A DNA stretch of 64,000 bases from an uncultured Gammaproteobacteria bacterium (GTDB taxonomy: Bacteria > Patescibacteriota > Microgenomatia > JAMCZE01): contig CAZNUP010000002.1 of the NCBI GenBank assembly GCA_964576435.1, forward strand, positions 42,112-106,111. The letters run 5' to 3'. The notes under the pieces are model-generated. The model was not told the origin of the DNA. It did no database searches and saw only the letters and a program-made list of their open reading frames with translations. Each line of letters begins with the position of its first letter. Position 1 is the first letter of the stretch. The position numbers were made by a program, and so were the translations under genes. Shown one piece after another: positions 17,301 through 23,832 of the stretch.

Positions 17301-20300
17301 ATCCGACTGCAAAATTAGCTTTTGGAGCAGCAACGACGGCGGCGGGGGGAATTGATTTTGGAGGAGATGTGAGTTTGTATCGTTCAGCTGCCGATATATT
17401 AAAGACCGGAGATACATTTTCAATTAGATCTACGATTGGAATCACTGCAACTGGTCCAGCTCTTATTGTCGGCGGCGACGGATTGTCAGATGGTGTCGGA
17501 AATGTTGGCATTAACAAAGGAAGTATTGAGTATTACAGTAGTGGTTATGGACTTAACCTTGGTAGGCCGAATATTGGACCGATTGAATCTATAATTAGCC
17601 GTTCAACTGATGGTTCAACTGGTTACATTGATATCGGAAATAATACTGGTTGGACCGCAACAACACTGCAAGCTTCTGGTGGCAACGTTGGAATCGGCAC
17701 GACCGTGCCCATGGCAACACTGGATGTCCGAAGAAGCAATGGCACAATTGCGACGGCATCAATTTCCGGAGCAACGAGCTTTGCAGGCCTGGTTGTTGAT
17801 AATTCTGGGGTGGGAGATTTGTTTACAGCTTCTTCATCTGGCCTTACAAGATTTGTAATTAATAATGTTGGAGATGTGTTGCCTGGGACTGATGACGCTC
17901 AAGATCTGGGATCCAACGCACTCAGGTGGAGAGATTTGTATCTCGGATCAGACACGTTGCATATTGGCACGTCAACCTCAGATGAATATACGTTAAGCTA
18001 TAACACTGCATCAAACTATCTTGGGTTTAATGTCAATGGCAGTGGGAATTCGGAAGTGGTTTTTGATGCAAATGGGAATGTTGGAATTGGCAGCATCACA
18101 CCTGGATCAAAACTTGATGTTGCCGGAAGTATATCGATGTCTGGGTCACAAACGTTGACGTCAACAGGGACACTTGGAATTGGAACAGCCAATCAAACAG
18201 CCCTCACACTCGGTCGACCAGGAGCACCAACTGTGATTGATGGGTCGACGATCACAATTAATGGAGCACTTATTAATGGAGGAGGAAGTGCAACAATTTC
18301 AGGGACATTGGGGCTTGGTGGAGATGCTTCGTTCTCAGCAAAACTGACATTGGACTCAACAACACCTCAGATTAATGCAACAAACAACAGACCGCTGCAA
18401 CTTGGATTTATGAATACAGGGTCGGTTCAGTTTATGAATGCTTCTAATTACGTTGATGCAAACAACAATCTTTATATTAATGGTGTATTAATTTCTGGAT
18501 CCGCAGTCCAGGGTCATTGGCAGAGGAATAGTGGGGCTGTGGCACCAACTAATATCACTGACTCGCTGCTTGTTGGTGGGACGTCAACAGCGTCTGCTAA
18601 GTTCCAAGTTTATGGTTTGTCTGCATTGAATCCAGTGGCGTCAATTTCGGGTTCAAGTTCCAAGGCAGCACTTATTGTGGATAATACAGTCGGTGATTTA
18701 TTTGCTGCGAGTTCATCAGGATTGTCAAGGTTTGTCATTAATCAAAATGGCAACGTCGGAATTGGAACGACAAATCCCGCAGCACTTTTTGCAGCTGGGC
18801 AGTCGAATCAGTTTAGAGTTAATTCAGCTGGAACCGCATATATAACAAATGCAGCAGGGTCTATATCGTTAGCATCCTATATCGATGATGAGTGGGGAAC
18901 TTTTATTACGACTATTGGTGGAAGTGGGCAAAATTGGAAAATTTCTCCTAATCCAGGAAATAGAACAGCGATTGCATATAGAAATTTCCAGATCGCAGAT
19001 TCGTATAATCCATTCCAGTTTACTTTTAGAACAACGGTGGAGGATGGCAGCGGTGCAAATAACTTAACATTGTCAAGCTATTTCGAACCGTGGCAAACAA
19101 ATCGAGGTAATATGGCGGCATTATATGTTCCATACACTGTTGACGCAGCTGCCTCGCAAAATGGCATTGTTAGAGGGATTTATGTTGACTCAACTGAAAC
19201 CAGCCTGAACGGGTTTACAAATAATTTGATTGATCTACGCGTTGGTGGGGTGCCAAAGTTTGTTGTTGGAGCATCTGGCACTTCGACTACGGCCACGGTG
19301 TCTGGAACAACCAGTTCTGCAGCACTTGTGGTTGATAACTCGGGAGTTGGGGATGTGTTTAGTGCCAGCGCGGCTGGGGTGTCGAGGTTTGTTGTTACAA
19401 GTGGTGGAAATATTGGAATTGGCACCAACATCCCTGGATATAAACTGCAAGTTGCAAGTGGGCAAATTGCTGTTGCTGATGGGTCTGCTGGAACTCCTTC
19501 ATATAGTTTCTTTAATGATCCTGACAATGGCATGTTTAGACCTGGACCAAACACAATTGGCTTAAGTGCTGGGGGATCACAGGTTTTTTATGGAACGTTG
19601 GGGGGATCAGTGGTTTCAGGCTATATGGTTGGGGATGCAAGCCCGCTAACCCTTGGAAACAATAATGATTGGGGAGTGGGTGAGCAAATGCAGTTTGATT
19701 ATGCTGATGATAGCACTGTGGTTTCTCGAATTGGCTCGAATCAACATGCATCGGGAGATTATAGTTTGGATTTTTACACTACAACTGATGGTGGGTCAAG
19801 TTTGCCAGCGAGACTGCGAATTGGCCATGATGGAAACATTGGCATAAACACAACTGCACCTCTGTCACTATTGGATGTTCGAGGAATAAGTGGAACGAAT
19901 GCTTATTCAGGCATATCCTCGGTGGCAACAGTTTCTGGAAAAACATCGTTTGCAGCAATGGTTGTTGACAACTCAGGAGTAGGAGACCTGTTTACTGCCT
20001 CATCATCAGGCCTGTCTAGGTTTGTGATCTCACAAAATGGGAATATTGGGATTGGGACAACAGTTCCTGATGCTAAGGTTACAATTCTTGGAGGAAATGA
20101 CATTAAATTTACCGGAGTGTCTGCTCAAAATCAGGCATCGTTCATTGGTAGTAATGCCACGGATGATTTCAGTATTTTGGCTGGAATTGGGAACGGCAAG
20201 ACATTGACCATTGGAGCAAACGGCAGTTTGACTTCATTGAATAGAATAATTTTGTCGTCCACGGCGCTGCAAATTTTGCCTGGAAACACCAATGTTGGTA

Positions 20301-21763
20301 TTAACACTTCTGCGCCCGCCGCGGTTGTGGATATCAGAGGTTCTCAAGGATCAAACACCATGTCTGGAATAATTCCTGTGGCATCAATTTCAGGTCAAAC
20401 ATCGTTTGCAGCACTTGTTGTGAACAACAATTTCAGCACTGGAGATATTTTTACGGCATCAGCATCGGGACTTAATAGGTTTGTGATCAAAAATAATGGC
20501 TGGGTGGGGATTGGAACTGCGAACCCGTCAGCGACGTTGGATCTTGTCGGGAACGCAAGCATTTCTGGGCAGCTAGTTTTCCCTGGGTCAACAAACATAA
20601 ATGGAAGCTGGATTCGTGGAGATGGGGGAAATAGTCATTTGGAAATCGGAACTGGTACCATTCAAGATGCAAATGCCCGGCTTTATATTACTTCGGCTGG
20701 AAATATTGGCGTCAATACAACAAATCCAGGTCAGACATTTGATATAAATGGATCACTGAGGGTGAGAACATCGGTTGCTGGGACGGATACAAGGACACTT
20801 TGTGTGCCTGACACAACGGGAGTTGTTGAATTTGTGAACGGAGCTTGTGGAACTTCATCTCTTAGATATAAAGAAAATGTCAAAGATATTGGATATGGTT
20901 TGGATCAAATCAAGCAACTAAAACCAGTCTTCTTCAACTATATTCGAGATTCGGAGGTACCAAATGACTTGGATTTGAAAGACGATAGAACAAAGAGACG
21001 AATCGGTTTTATTGCTGAAGAAATGCAGCAAGTAGTTCCTGAGGTTGTTATTTGGCAAAATGGACAAATTGAGAGCATTGACTATTCCTACTTAACAGCT
21101 CTCTTAACCAAGGGTGTGCAAGACCTGGCAGGCGAGGTTGACGCTTTGAAGGTGGATGTGTCAAACATCGCTCCTGATATTTCCAATCAGTTGTCAGAGA
21201 TTCCGCAAATTAAAGCTGATTTGGCTCAAACTCAGTCAGAAATGGCATCGGTGTCAGCACAACTGGCTGATGTGTCGACAAGACAGGCTTCTGATTCAGC
21301 AAAACTCGCAGAACTTTTGGAGAAGGGGATGGCGACAAACTCTGGAAACATTAATGGAGCGACGGTTTCTGGAGACCTTAAAGTTCTCGGTATTACTGAG
21401 CTTGCTAAGACGGTTATTGGTGGCAAATTGTCAGTTGGACTTGTGATGATCGATGACATTAAAGCGGAGATTTCAAGTTTGACGGGACTTGTCAAAATTG
21501 ATGGCATCTTGTCGATCTTAAAGCTTCGAGTTGATACAGGTGATGTGGCAGCAGCTTCGGCCGGGAAAGCCACGATTTTGTCAGGCGAATCTGAAATTGA
21601 AATCACAACAACAGCGCTGACACCTGATTCGATGATCTTTGCTACACCAGAGGATGTGCCAGTGGCTGTGTCGACGACTAAGACTGGGGGAAATAAATTC
21701 AAGATTAAGCTTGCTAGCCCTGCAGTTTCAGATATTAAGATTAGTTGGTGGATTGTAAATTAG
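2369..21763 (+). CDS. Giant (6,464 aa) membrane-anchored mosaic fibre protein: MerR-like HTH, TM helix, GNVGIG-type repeats, peptidase S74 chaperone, C-terminal beta domain
   Basis: N-term RLRYYTKIGLIP...GYYP (MerR-type wHTH); hydrophobic YAIPVILLFLLLGGLVITA (~2849-2905); dozens of GN(V/I)GIGT..P repeats; TSSLRYKENV...LKPVFFNY...IGFIAEEMQQVVPEVV...IDYSYLTALLTKGVQDL (~20855-21125); TTG start uncertain. Confidence 0.85.
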   Translation: MNDKLISASELIRLASERGFSFGRGNPMNRLRYYTKIGLIPHAVRKQALPGQPYTVGYYPDYTLDLLLKIQGLRKGGQDVSQVKEHMKVEQVRAHVRSQLPTAQVGEGLNSDNLLHASEYLSNNTQSSRSISNDTVLETQNEITELGNDSEKKSEKKIWKYAIPVILLFLLLGGLVITASNSLWGKQSFFQIASLLNNSHKETVELAQSQGEVLAGFDVNKFLQFNSRVRFQNTFLNLSGDEVSIDQDLLTTSEPTFATLNLTAGTNQIVLGGNGTLAWPTITGNQTISFPDASGTVLLATSSAITINTSGNLSGGGSVSLGGSITLTGNSSGVTATTSAGYIPMMEANGQFGNSMLAQSGGNLYVNGTQGVTLPSVSCVITENGIVTGSATCPTLGVSGTPNSIVKFVTSNTVGDSSISDTGSAVTIANPLTITTGGITLTGSQAIDSSGGTLSIGTSGQTSLTLGRNAAPTIINGATITAGPLVLNTTTNVATFSGQVGVGGDLDVSGFYRANGVPGVSLATASCVITTNGIVTSSAACPGSGSGGSKWQLNSGVLAPNDVTQSLALGGISTGSAQVYFNAVSGDGTFAGALAAATLNTGQGANELYAMNQDVRTSDAPTFGGLTLSNLTTNNGLLYTNGSGVLAQTTAGTSGQCLVGNTGSAPSWSDCGTASGDDWQRNAGAISPLNVTDSLIIGGTATSSGKFQIYGVSSLNPVASISASSSKAAFIVDNTVGDLFTASSSGLSRFVIKQNGNIGIGTSNPGGAFQVVGGGTSFTLNSSGVLTSQFNVANDIVPTTDASRSLGNSSNGWFSLYTNQIHSTNSEDLSLNSSGTQIYVLDTLNFGSVSTDIITGTNEDLVITPGGTGNVGINTSTPQAKFQVFNSSNSQTASISAANGKSALLVDNTVGDLITASSSGISRFTVKQNGDVIINTLAASNAVTYVDSTGKLNGVTPNGSSIMCLTQATSGAPQWSDCNSGGGISGSGTLNYISKFTPDGSTLGNTGLYETSGALGYGTIAPLAKLDIQGGATTSAIASFSGATGKASLVVDNSVGDLFTASSSGMTRFVINQNGNVGIGTSNAANALDVKGNVTVRGNSTGTPGGSQGLLLGYSSTGNVGSITSIYSGNYFTTLSLVAAEITFNTGASGTEQMRLTQQATLGLGTTVPLGRLDVRGNSTIANSGTNSVATFSGATSKAVLVVDNSGVGDLITASSSGMSRFTVKQNGDVIINSLAAANAVTYVDSTGKLNGITPNGTGTALCLTQTSSGTPTWASCNSGGGISGSGTLNYISKFTPDGSTLGNSSIFDNGSVQIGGATPVALFNIGANSDVRINGTGDITARTFNGNTIATGSGNLTISGTANVDQDLRTVSSPTFAGLTLSSLTTNNGLLYTNGSGVIAQSAAGATGECLIGNTGSAPTWSSCSSAASDDWQRNSGVLSPTNITDSLIIGGTSTASGKFQVYGLSSLNPVASISGSSAVAALVVDNSAGDVFTASTSGLTRFVVNKNGNIGIGTSNPTRPFHVVDGSSVIYASNNIGTTLAYGTSSLDARNGFVTLGNNAGSITYNGTEFYPQVSNNVNIGRASLTYKNLYLNNLQVLNSGTTANASISGSTAFAGLVVDNSGVGDLITASSSGASRFTVKQNGDVVINSLAAANAVTYVDSTGKLNGITPNAGAIQCLTQTSSGTPVWAACSSGGGLSGSGTLNYISKFTPDGSTLGNTGLYETSNALGYGTIAPLAKLDIQGGATTSAIASFSGSTGTAALVVDNSVGDLFTASSSGLSRFVIKQNGTVGIGLSAPGNLQIGVDGAGAANNFTAYGTTSGGRIVMNGSGLSNPRGTNNLWLRASDLVISNGTITTVNSDLTLAPMSTYNTVITSGNVGIGSATPGTTLDITGTLRASGVTTLSNYTTNNGLLYTNGSGVVAQTAAGSTGECLIGNTGSAPSWSSCSSAASDDWQRNAGVLSPTNITDSLIIGGTATSSGKFQIYGVSSLNPVASISASSSQAALVIDNTVGDLFTASSSGLTRFVINQNGNVGIGTSNPSYKLDVVGTNMQFWNGGTGNGFNFTTAASGGDVTLTATGPTSAGDFIIKPVSTSGSDLILTSPNGITKVRGGDPLLNIEESNGTLRYAFSKNTATFDWADYPGVLTFDTNGISYAGAALNLGTSDSNLVALKTGGSERMRVDTNGNIGVGTTAPIGLLNVSNKATGKALTILNETGDQNILVGSASGTTEFVFDRTGGLTLTGLAGSANSLVYVDANGKLTNTAAGTSGQCLVGNTGAPASWSSCSGAAGGLFWQRNSGVLAPQNISESLAIGGTSTSSALAYFDGVNGNALLRGGLSVASSSGAAALTVNQSSTGDIFTASAAGVSKFVITAAGNVGIGTTVPGASLSINNSSGTSADIVQQGTSFYGLLRGNLIRGGTSSSIYGQIDLYNGSTGDLNIIPRGSNNFTVVTNSIERFRIDGNGNVGVGTTVPLATLNVKTVGNTQTASISGTSGTAALLVDNTVGDLFTASSSGASRFTVKQNGDVIINSLAAANAVTYVDSTGKLNGITPNGTGTALCLTQTSSGTPTWASCNSGGGISGSGTLNYISKFTPDGSTLGNSGLFDTGSALSYGTTNALATLDIRSQSGITGIASISGSTAHAALVVDNSGVGDIFTASSSGLTRFVIQQNGNVAIGGAVRLGQNGGANDVLNTAAAIGAPSGQLYWGSRYLCDSTNNCVGGGGGGAIGGGGVANYISKFTPDGNNIGNSQLYDTGSAIAIGTTSPLATIDVRSQSGITGIASISGSTAHAALVVDNSGVGDIFTASSAGLARFVIKNSGNIGIGTTTTTAKLTLLTSGVGDGFTAINSSTLGANSGAGIVGRTSSDPTGADQRLGFYVFGSNGSNAANSAGMLGYAGGAWSGSSKPAYLTFETTAVGSTSRAEQMRIDANGNVGISSSVPGAKLDVLTSAGSGQTALFSNYGTGVPLTLTNGSGSTSNVFSATRFGSQVFRVGGTGDYAMYASHTSATVPVGFIYNSDVSGTGLNILGANGATGKLLYVQSWGSTDLLTVKGNGDVIMNGGNIGIGSASPIGKLNVSGAATGKALTILNETGDQNILVGSASGVTEFVFDRSGGLTLTGLSGSANSLVYVDANGKLTNTAAGTSGQCLVGNTGSPASWSDCGTASGDDWQRNAGALSPKNISDSLIIGGTATSSGKFQVYGVSSLNPVASISASSSQAALVIDNTVGDLFTASSSGLTRFVIQQNGNVGIGYSNPSGAKLAINGGVGIGTTTASYALDVEGNIRSRSTGYIGTNAEDLGLYLGPDTSRFIFARSGGTLSIGAGSNDRITLLSGGNVGINSTTPGANFDVTGTARISGVTTLSNYTTNNGLLYTNGSGVIAQTAAGATGECLIGNTGSAPSWSSCSAAAGGLFWQRNSGVLAPQNISESLAIGGTSTSSALAYFDGVNGNALLRGGAYIASSSGKAALTVNQSSTGDLFTASAAGASRFVINNVGNVGVGTSNPTNKLYVAAGAIAAGSNGVLFSGDISGGNMYSAQLGVFNSGSANAPTRLQFGDLTAGEGTAVIESARTGSLTGYLAFQTRNTNYVEAMRINSDGNVGINTTLPVNKLDVSGSAAFGSYAGANSAPSNGLIVSGNVGVGTTTPGGILEVSGHLTGWNPFVLFEDTGDPGAGATTLEIKNSQSDLKIRAYGSTAPSYLANAVGLWSDANDMINGVGSGKKIYLASNDNYANPEVTIAAGNVGIGSVTPGFKFDVNGNTNSTAYYVGGVAGAASVSNSCVNVTNGIVTSAGTCALAGNQWQLNSGVIAPYDVTQSVAIGGTATSSALVYFNGVNGNALLRGGLSVASSSGAAALTVNQSSTGDIFTASAAGASKFVITAAGNVGIGSSAPGNKFVVNGGALVDGGSVGVIKGDNSTGSFTAHLNLLNNGTAGNVVRLGFGDETAGEGVAAIESARTGSQQGYLSFRTRNATMNEVGRFDHTGNLGIGYSSSLNGKLVVNGNVGIGTSTANAALEVVGTTGMLLKANSSSAGFTIKDRASVPGDQLIFEGNTGNYTVFNVGTNGATSGSPKQSGFALWTVDPDSTDDATQFQVQSNPTYGGVVFTQKFGSGAQGDYPISLQSVWDQVSTPSQLVLGTGGNVGVGSSSPGNKLDVTGTLRASGVTTLSNYTTNNGLLYTNGSGVIAQTAAGSTGQCLVGATGSAPSWAACAAGSRWQLNSGVLAPNDVTQSLAIGGTATGSALAYFDGVNGNALLRGGLSVASSSGKAALTVNQSSTGDLFTASAAGASRFVINNAGNVGIGTSNPTQKLVVGGATSELELYSDSDLGTIDSRALGGSSSRWLVINPSGGNVGIGTTGVSNSKFLVYGDSGASATNSLAIFGDNLGMSTDVNRAKVTIGNTDGISELLLGQDSTHGLLFNWNYNATAGNAYGVLETYGGNNPLALQTAGGNVGIGSITPGYKLDVNGNTNSTGYYVGGVAGASVTGQCVTTTNGIVTASATCPATGGSKWQLNSGVLAPNDVTQSLAIGGTATSSALVYFDGVNGNALLRGGLSVASSSGKAALTVNQSSTGDIFTASAAGASKFVITSAGNVGVNTTNPAALLEIHSSNNYSNSGLVLTNNVGVVSGGLSLGGSGEVIFSSSNLNYLSIQAGGFGIANSINDSYSGLLQVPNGLQVNPASASSIGLSVFGESGQTANLSNWYDSSSNLLFSVNNRGYIANEGNITGLNNIPGSLSVNDILSVAATSSAYPAFRLNATTGQAAMVINQDDPGGDLFTASAAGSPKVVISNVGFLGVGTTTPGGIGHFRQDANGGVRVYVDNASNGSSASVGIALRATLLTGDGTFNIAKYGSGYSDNPNWTNAGVISAWNDVAGIRISSFNGLAFETGNNAVRGSWTNTGNLGINTTAPLSLFDVRGVNGTNAYSGISSVATISGQTSFATLVVDNSGVGDLFTASSSGLTRFVINQNGNIGIGTTYPTAKLAFGAATTAAGGIDFGGDVSLYRSAADILKTGDTFSIRSTIGITATGPALIVGGDGLSDGVGNVGINKGSIEYYSSGYGLNLGRPNIGPIESIISRSTDGSTGYIDIGNNTGWTATTLQASGGNVGIGTTVPMATLDVRRSNGTIATASISGATSFAGLVVDNSGVGDLFTASSSGLTRFVINNVGDVLPGTDDAQDLGSNALRWRDLYLGSDTLHIGTSTSDEYTLSYNTASNYLGFNVNGSGNSEVVFDANGNVGIGSITPGSKLDVAGSISMSGSQTLTSTGTLGIGTANQTALTLGRPGAPTVIDGSTITINGALINGGGSATISGTLGLGGDASFSAKLTLDSTTPQINATNNRPLQLGFMNTGSVQFMNASNYVDANNNLYINGVLISGSAVQGHWQRNSGAVAPTNITDSLLVGGTSTASAKFQVYGLSALNPVASISGSSSKAALIVDNTVGDLFAASSSGLSRFVINQNGNVGIGTTNPAALFAAGQSNQFRVNSAGTAYITNAAGSISLASYIDDEWGTFITTIGGSGQNWKISPNPGNRTAIAYRNFQIADSYNPFQFTFRTTVEDGSGANNLTLSSYFEPWQTNRGNMAALYVPYTVDAAASQNGIVRGIYVDSTETSLNGFTNNLIDLRVGGVPKFVVGASGTSTTATVSGTTSSAALVVDNSGVGDVFSASAAGVSRFVVTSGGNIGIGTNIPGYKLQVASGQIAVADGSAGTPSYSFFNDPDNGMFRPGPNTIGLSAGGSQVFYGTLGGSVVSGYMVGDASPLTLGNNNDWGVGEQMQFDYADDSTVVSRIGSNQHASGDYSLDFYTTTDGGSSLPARLRIGHDGNIGINTTAPLSLLDVRGISGTNAYSGISSVATVSGKTSFAAMVVDNSGVGDLFTASSSGLSRFVISQNGNIGIGTTVPDAKVTILGGNDIKFTGVSAQNQASFIGSNATDDFSILAGIGNGKTLTIGANGSLTSLNRIILSSTALQILPGNTNVGINTSAPAAVVDIRGSQGSNTMSGIIPVASISGQTSFAALVVNNNFSTGDIFTASASGLNRFVIKNNGWVGIGTANPSATLDLVGNASISGQLVFPGSTNINGSWIRGDGGNSHLEIGTGTIQDANARLYITSAGNIGVNTTNPGQTFDINGSLRVRTSVAGTDTRTLCVPDTTGVVEFVNGACGTSSLRYKENVKDIGYGLDQIKQLKPVFFNYIRDSEVPNDLDLKDDRTKRRIGFIAEEMQQVVPEVVIWQNGQIESIDYSYLTALLTKGVQDLAGEVDALKVDVSNIAPDISNQLSEIPQIKADLAQTQSEMASVSAQLADVSTRQASDSAKLAELLEKGMATNSGNINGATVSGDLKVLGITELAKTVIGGKLSVGLVMIDDIKAEISSLTGLVKIDGILSILKLRVDTGDVAAASAGKATILSGESEIEITTTALTPDSMIFATPEDVPVAVSTTKTGGNKFKIKLASPAVSDIKISWWIVN

Positions 21764-21995
21764 CTTAATATCTGGGCTTGAAGTATTAATTAATCAGGTT
21801 TGGAAATAATAGATAATGTTTTTGTAAACGTCTAAGACCTTTAAGTATGAGCTGTGGCTCCTTAATGGGAGGGGTAACGAGCGTTTAAATTAAACTTCAT
21901 GTGGATGTTGCATGGTGATTGGCTCAGATTTAAATAAGGATGATGTCAGTTAAACACTTGGTCTGGGGTTAAAATAGAAGTTGTTGGGGAAATTT

Positions 21996-23750
21996 TTAGA
22001 ACTCGATGATGAGAGGAACTTCTGATATAGGCACCGTTGTTAGACCATCTTTTGTTTCTGCTTGATATTGTTTTCCAGATATTTCAGTTAGTGTAACCGG
22101 CCCTCTAAATTGCAAAACAGACTGTTTTTCGGGTGCGTTTTTATCACGTTTATTAGTCCAGACAATCTCTTTTCTTTTTTGGTTGGGTGCAATAAAAATA
22201 TAACCTTCTATGTATTCAGGATCTGAGGTTTCTATTGATAAGAACTTAGATCCACCAAAGATTTTCTGCATGGTTTTGAAGACGTTGTAGACTGGCAATT
22301 TTTCACCAGTGTTTTCTTTTATGAGGCCGCAATATTCTGAGGTTGCACCGGGTCTTCCGAAAAGAGTGAAATAATTTATGTCCCTAACTGAGTCTTTAGA
22401 GGCTACTTGGGCGAGGGTTTTTGCAACTCGAGTTGGCTGTTCATTCATGGTTGTTGGCCCTGCGCAGTACCCAATTTCACTAAAGACAATAGGTTTGACT
22501 CCGCCATACTGACGCATCAAATCTTCTGTCCATTTTATTTTCCCCCTAACACTTCCACCAGAATAGGGGTCGTTTTGAATCCACACGGGCATTGTTTTTT
22601 GGTCGTCATAATAGTGGATATCCATATAATCGAAGAATGGTTGATTGGCAGACGCTTGCATAACTCTTGTTAAGAAATCAAGTGACTTTGGGCCATAGAG
22701 AGCAAATCTAGATGTCCCCAATTTTACTTCAGGGTTTGTGGTTTTTAGCTTGTCATAGACGATCCTCATCATGGTCACATAGTCAGTGCTATCGATTTGT
22801 TTGTTATTATTTAAATCTTCGTCTGTCCAATAGATGGGGGAGCCACATGCTGGTTTGGCTCCTGGTTTCCTTGTATTTTGTTGATAGTCAATTTCATTAA
22901 AAAGGGTAACATATGCTGCTTTTGGGGCTCCGTTTTTACCGTTATAACGGTTGGCAATTAGATTTACAAAATTTGCTAAGTTGCTGTATTGACTAGGGTC
23001 AATTGGATAAGGGTAATCGTTGTTACAAGTTAGGGGAATTTTTGAAAGTCCTCCTTTAACGGCATAATCTGGAACCCCGCCAATAAAGATCCCGCAGTCG
23101 AGATTTTTATCTCTACATTCAGCCATGTTAGCATCTAAATATCTTCCGACATTGGCAATTATTTGTGAGTCTGACATTTTTTCTTGAGGTTGGGCGGCTG
23201 ACCAGTAAATACCTGGTTGCATAGATTTGACTCCTAGATCGGCTCTTTCAGTTGGTCCTTGCCCACTTCCTAAACCTCCGATACCATAGTTTGTTGGATA
23301 GTTAAATTCTTCTGGGACTGTTAAAGTCTTGACGTTGTAGTAGTTTCTTTCACTGGTTGGATTTTTGGGGTCGGAAATTTGGTTGGCGGTAATTTTAACT
23401 CTTTGACCAACTAATGGCTCAAAGAATTTAGAAGGATCAGTTGGTAGGGTGTATTGCTTTTTTACTCCTTCACTTGGCTTTATCCAAAAATTTTGCCCTT
23501 CTTGGTTGTAGAGTTTGTAACAATAGTTGTAACCGTTAGCTTCATTGCATTTATTGATGCTGCCGCCTGGTTGGATTATGCCGTAAATTTCTATATTTTT
23601 ATTGGGGTTAAGTTCTGCAATTGCTAGAGCTTGTCCTGATATCTGTTTTGAGGACTCTATGAAGAGGATTATAAGCAGGGGAATGGTGACAGATATGATG
23701 AGCGCTAAAAGAAGGGTGATTCTGACTGATCCAATATTTTGTTTTTTCAC
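21996..23750 (-). CDS. Membrane-anchored glycoside hydrolase, clan GH-A (GH39/GH5-like)
   Basis: N-terminal TM helix; acid/base LFNEID, FDYMDIHYY, nucleophile KPIVFSEIG, GLI...K.P.Y. Confidence 0.7.
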   Translation of the reverse strand: MKKQNIGSVRITLLLALIISVTIPLLIILFIESSKQISGQALAIAELNPNKNIEIYGIIQPGGSINKCNEANGYNYCYKLYNQEGQNFWIKPSEGVKKQYTLPTDPSKFFEPLVGQRVKITANQISDPKNPTSERNYYNVKTLTVPEEFNYPTNYGIGGLGSGQGPTERADLGVKSMQPGIYWSAAQPQEKMSDSQIIANVGRYLDANMAECRDKNLDCGIFIGGVPDYAVKGGLSKIPLTCNNDYPYPIDPSQYSNLANFVNLIANRYNGKNGAPKAAYVTLFNEIDYQQNTRKPGAKPACGSPIYWTDEDLNNNKQIDSTDYVTMMRIVYDKLKTTNPEVKLGTSRFALYGPKSLDFLTRVMQASANQPFFDYMDIHYYDDQKTMPVWIQNDPYSGGSVRGKIKWTEDLMRQYGGVKPIVFSEIGYCAGPTTMNEQPTRVAKTLAQVASKDSVRDINYFTLFGRPGATSEYCGLIKENTGEKLPVYNVFKTMQKIFGGSKFLSIETSDPEYIEGYIFIAPNQKRKEIVWTNKRDKNAPEKQSVLQFRGPVTLTEISGKQYQAETKDGLTTVPISEVPLIIEF

Positions 23751-23832
23751 GAATATGTTTTTATCTTAAAGTATTAGATATAAAATTGATATCTATCACT
23801 TTTACACTGTACTAGTAGTTAATATCATTTTA

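Noticed and set aside
4018-20530. Repeats considered as a CRISPR array or diversity-generating retroelement TR/VR pair
   Set aside because: Repeats are long, in-frame and irregularly spaced; the mismatches I compared are not adenine-specific; no cas or reverse transcriptase gene in the window
2677-21702. Dozens of short alternative-frame and antisense ORFs inside the giant gene
   Set aside because: Expected shadows of a Gly/Ser/Thr-rich repetitive CDS; they recur with the repeats
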